From assembly GCA_950097015.1 (NCBI GenBank), contig CATNEN010000039.1, forward strand, positions 14,818,001 to 14,882,000: DNA of 64,000 bases. Reading direction: 5' to 3'. This DNA comes from Macrostomum hystrix. Taxonomy: Eukaryota > Animalia > Platyhelminthes. Under the pieces are notes generated by a model. It searched no databases. It was given only the letters and a program-made list of their open reading frames with translations, and had not been told where the DNA came from. This document shows positions 62,501 to 64,000 of the stretch, piece after piece. Numbering within the stretch: position 1 is the stretch's first letter; each line of letters begins with the position of its first letter. The translations under genes and the position numbers were made by a program.

Positions 62501-64000
62501 GAAGATTCAGCTGATTGTAGTACGGCTCAGACCTTGTGCTGCGCTACTCCTGATGATGCCTTTGCCACAACTGACTCGTCGAAGTGTGACCTCTCTTCAT
62601 TCTGGCGACTTGAAGCACTAGGGATCAGTGAGCAAAAGGATGATTCCACGGAGGGTTCGTTTATCTGTAATCCAAGGCTCGAGAACGGTCGGTACAGCGT
62701 CAGTCTACCATGGAAATACCCGGAAGGCTCAGTGCCGTTGGATGATCACTTCGACATGGCGTACAGTAGACTGTCGTCCACAACTCGTGCTCTGAGGAAG
62801 GATCCAGAGACTCTGACAAAGTATAGCGGAATCATTTCGGAACAGGAAGCTTCGGGCATAATCGAGAAGGTGCCCGAGAAAGATCTTGGCAAGAACACTT
62901 GTCATTATATGCCTCATCACCACGTCATAAAGTCAGACAGTGAGCACACAAAGATACGTATTGTGTTTGATGGATCTGCCAGACTTCGAACAGGCGACTT
63001 CTCAATCAATGATCTTCTTCAAGCTGGTCCGACTGATGTACCTCTGATCCCAGAAATTCTGATGAGATTTCGCAAACATCCGATCGCCATCATAGGAGAC
63101 ATAGAAAAAGCCTTCTTGCAGATTGCCATCGATAGTGAGGACAGAGACTATCTGAGATTTCTGTGGACTAACCCGAGTGAGTCGGACAAGGTTTTTCACT
63201 ATCGCTTCTGTAGATTGCCGTTCGGTCTTACGTGCTCTCCTGGTGTATTGAGAGCTACGGTCCTTCAACACATTGATAGCCAGAAGAATAATTTTCCACT
63301 CGCCGCTGAGATTATTCGCAAAGACTTGTACGTCGACAATTTAGTGACAAGCTGTAAATCTCTAAGTGACGCATTCAATCTCTACAAAGATGCAAAAAAT
63401 ATCTTCAACCTGGCTGGCATGAATATGCGACAGTGGAAATCCAACTCAGATTCGTTCAACAGCTCGCTACCCGATCAGGATGTTGGTCATACAGAAAAAG
63501 TGCTTGGACTCCACTGGGACTCGGTCAGGGACACATTCGTCATGCAGTTTTCTGAACTAGTTACCCACGTCAACGGATCCTCTTCAACCAAGAGGTCGAT
63601 GCTAGGAGTACTTGCGTCTGTGTACGATCCGTTAGGAATCTTGTCACCCTCTTTGACTGTTGTCAAGGTGATGCTACAGAAACTGTGTGTTCGCAAGTCG
63701 GGTTGGGACGACGAACTTCCGCCAGATATCGCCGAGAGTTGGAACCGTTGGTTACAGTCGTTGTCGAGCTCACGCTTCGAAGTTCCTCGCTACCTTTTCG
63801 CCGATCTCGATTCGGAGCCAGTTCGAATGGAATTACATGGATTCTGTGATGCAAGCGAATCTGCTTACGCTGCCTGTGTCTACATTCAGGCCCGGTCGGA
63901 AACAGACAACGTTTCAACGCATTTAATTCAGGCCAAAACGCGCGTGGCACCGCTATCAAATCTTAGCATCGCTAGACTAGAACTGCTGGGAGCCCTAATC
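59599..64000 (+). mobile_element. BEL/Pao LTR retrotransposon 2; 5' LTR about 59599-59981, runs off the window
   Basis: TG...CA segment followed by PBS TGGCGCCCGAAC; gag-pol homologous to element 1; different LTR sequence. Confidence 0.92.
60569..64000 (+). CDS. Gag-pol polyprotein of BEL/Pao element 2 (3'-partial; missed by the ORF track)
   Basis: MDEAIRKRAAIRSVVTKTINRAEK... is in the same frame as the terminal [12 protein letters not shown]; [30 protein letters not shown] and LHGFCDASE motifs; no stop seen. Confidence 0.9.
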   Translation, partial: MDEAIRKRAAIRSVVTKTINRAEKWLSAGSGRDDKINAEAEACIDTLKQKLGLMEELDLDIQSQMEEEKLSREQEEADEYAFRCRKYVRLLEKSLSNATKSVTSGPQVKLPKRHIPTFDGTVTSWQTYWDQFSSSIDSNNQLSDIDKFNYLLDSLSESAKSCIRGLSVTSANYKVAIDLLHQRFGKSDLVIRSLMNQLSDIHLSEVSLAGLRSFHDDIAAAVRSLEVQGVMSSAYEALLLPNLLRKCPNEFRLDLMKCASLSKKEINNMAVLLEFLQTEIQVRENAAVGGKKSSNSEASRHCLQPKSSLSTLTVQSRNDRQAVMKIFCTYCGSGHTSEKCSKLVSVDARIEFLKKEQRCFRCLRSGHSSRTCHDSRRCRNCSGAHHVSICNCGLSDGQGSGFKMKAKSIDSTVKSGAVQNKTFANAKKDVIRQVQTGSTNAAQSEPESVVSTEGNFALSMFINRNPAVALPVAKAILIAPDGRRELLVRVLLDTASNRSYIREDVCDLLQFERFAEESLKVSAFSGIATTVNSSRVKFHIRKVDSMEIIRLEANVVKQICQPQTSVIVNSFQHLRDVDLADPYDPRDISTPISILVGSDQYFQIVGDNVIRGTSGPVAISSKLGFLLCGPLAIEGSANDEPIVSEDSADCSTAQTLCCATPDDAFATTDSSKCDLSSFWRLEALGISEQKDDSTEGSFICNPRLENGRYSVSLPWKYPEGSVPLDDHFDMAYSRLSSTTRALRKDPETLTKYSGIISEQEASGIIEKVPEKDLGKNTCHYMPHHHVIKSDSEHTKIRIVFDGSARLRTGDFSINDLLQAGPTDVPLIPEILMRFRKHPIAIIGDIEKAFLQIAIDSEDRDYLRFLWTNPSESDKVFHYRFCRLPFGLTCSPGVLRATVLQHIDSQKNNFPLAAEIIRKDLYVDNLVTSCKSLSDAFNLYKDAKNIFNLAGMNMRQWKSNSDSFNSSLPDQDVGHTEKVLGLHWDSVRDTFVMQFSELVTHVNGSSSTKRSMLGVLASVYDPLGILSPSLTVVKVMLQKLCVRKSGWDDELPPDIAESWNRWLQSLSSSRFEVPRYLFADLDSEPVRMELHGFCDASESAYAACVYIQARSETDNVSTHLIQAKTRVAPLSNLSIARLELLGALI

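Overview
Animal (eukaryotic) genomic DNA with spliced genes and very dense minisatellites. The architecture (private 15-30 bp arrays in most long introns, closely packed same-strand genes, splice acceptors just before start codons) suggests a flatworm such as Macrostomum; this is an inference, not proven. Eight spliced genes could be reconstructed by hand with GT-AG introns in consistent phase: a Scratch-like zinc-finger factor, EAF6/MEAF6, an orphan zinc-finger protein, a putative HbYX-tailed proteasome-chaperone-like protein, SPATA6-like, a class 3 lipase, stomatin/MEC-2-like and UPF3. Mobile DNA comprises two BEL/Pao LTR retrotransposons (one complete but defective, one with an open ORF running off the window), a Tc1/IS630 remnant, two tRNA-derived SINE families, and a foldback-like element whose inverted tandem-repeat arms enclose scrambled LINE fragments. 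Most long ORFs in the supplied track are artefacts of tandem repeats. The most notable observations are: a 12-copy in-frame stop-codon ladder that regenerates the same HbYX C-terminus; the LINE-carrying foldback element; a satellite amplified from a SINE body behind a Pol III head; a 2.2 kb intronic array of consensus splice donors; and a UPF3 gene with no evident genomic start codon.
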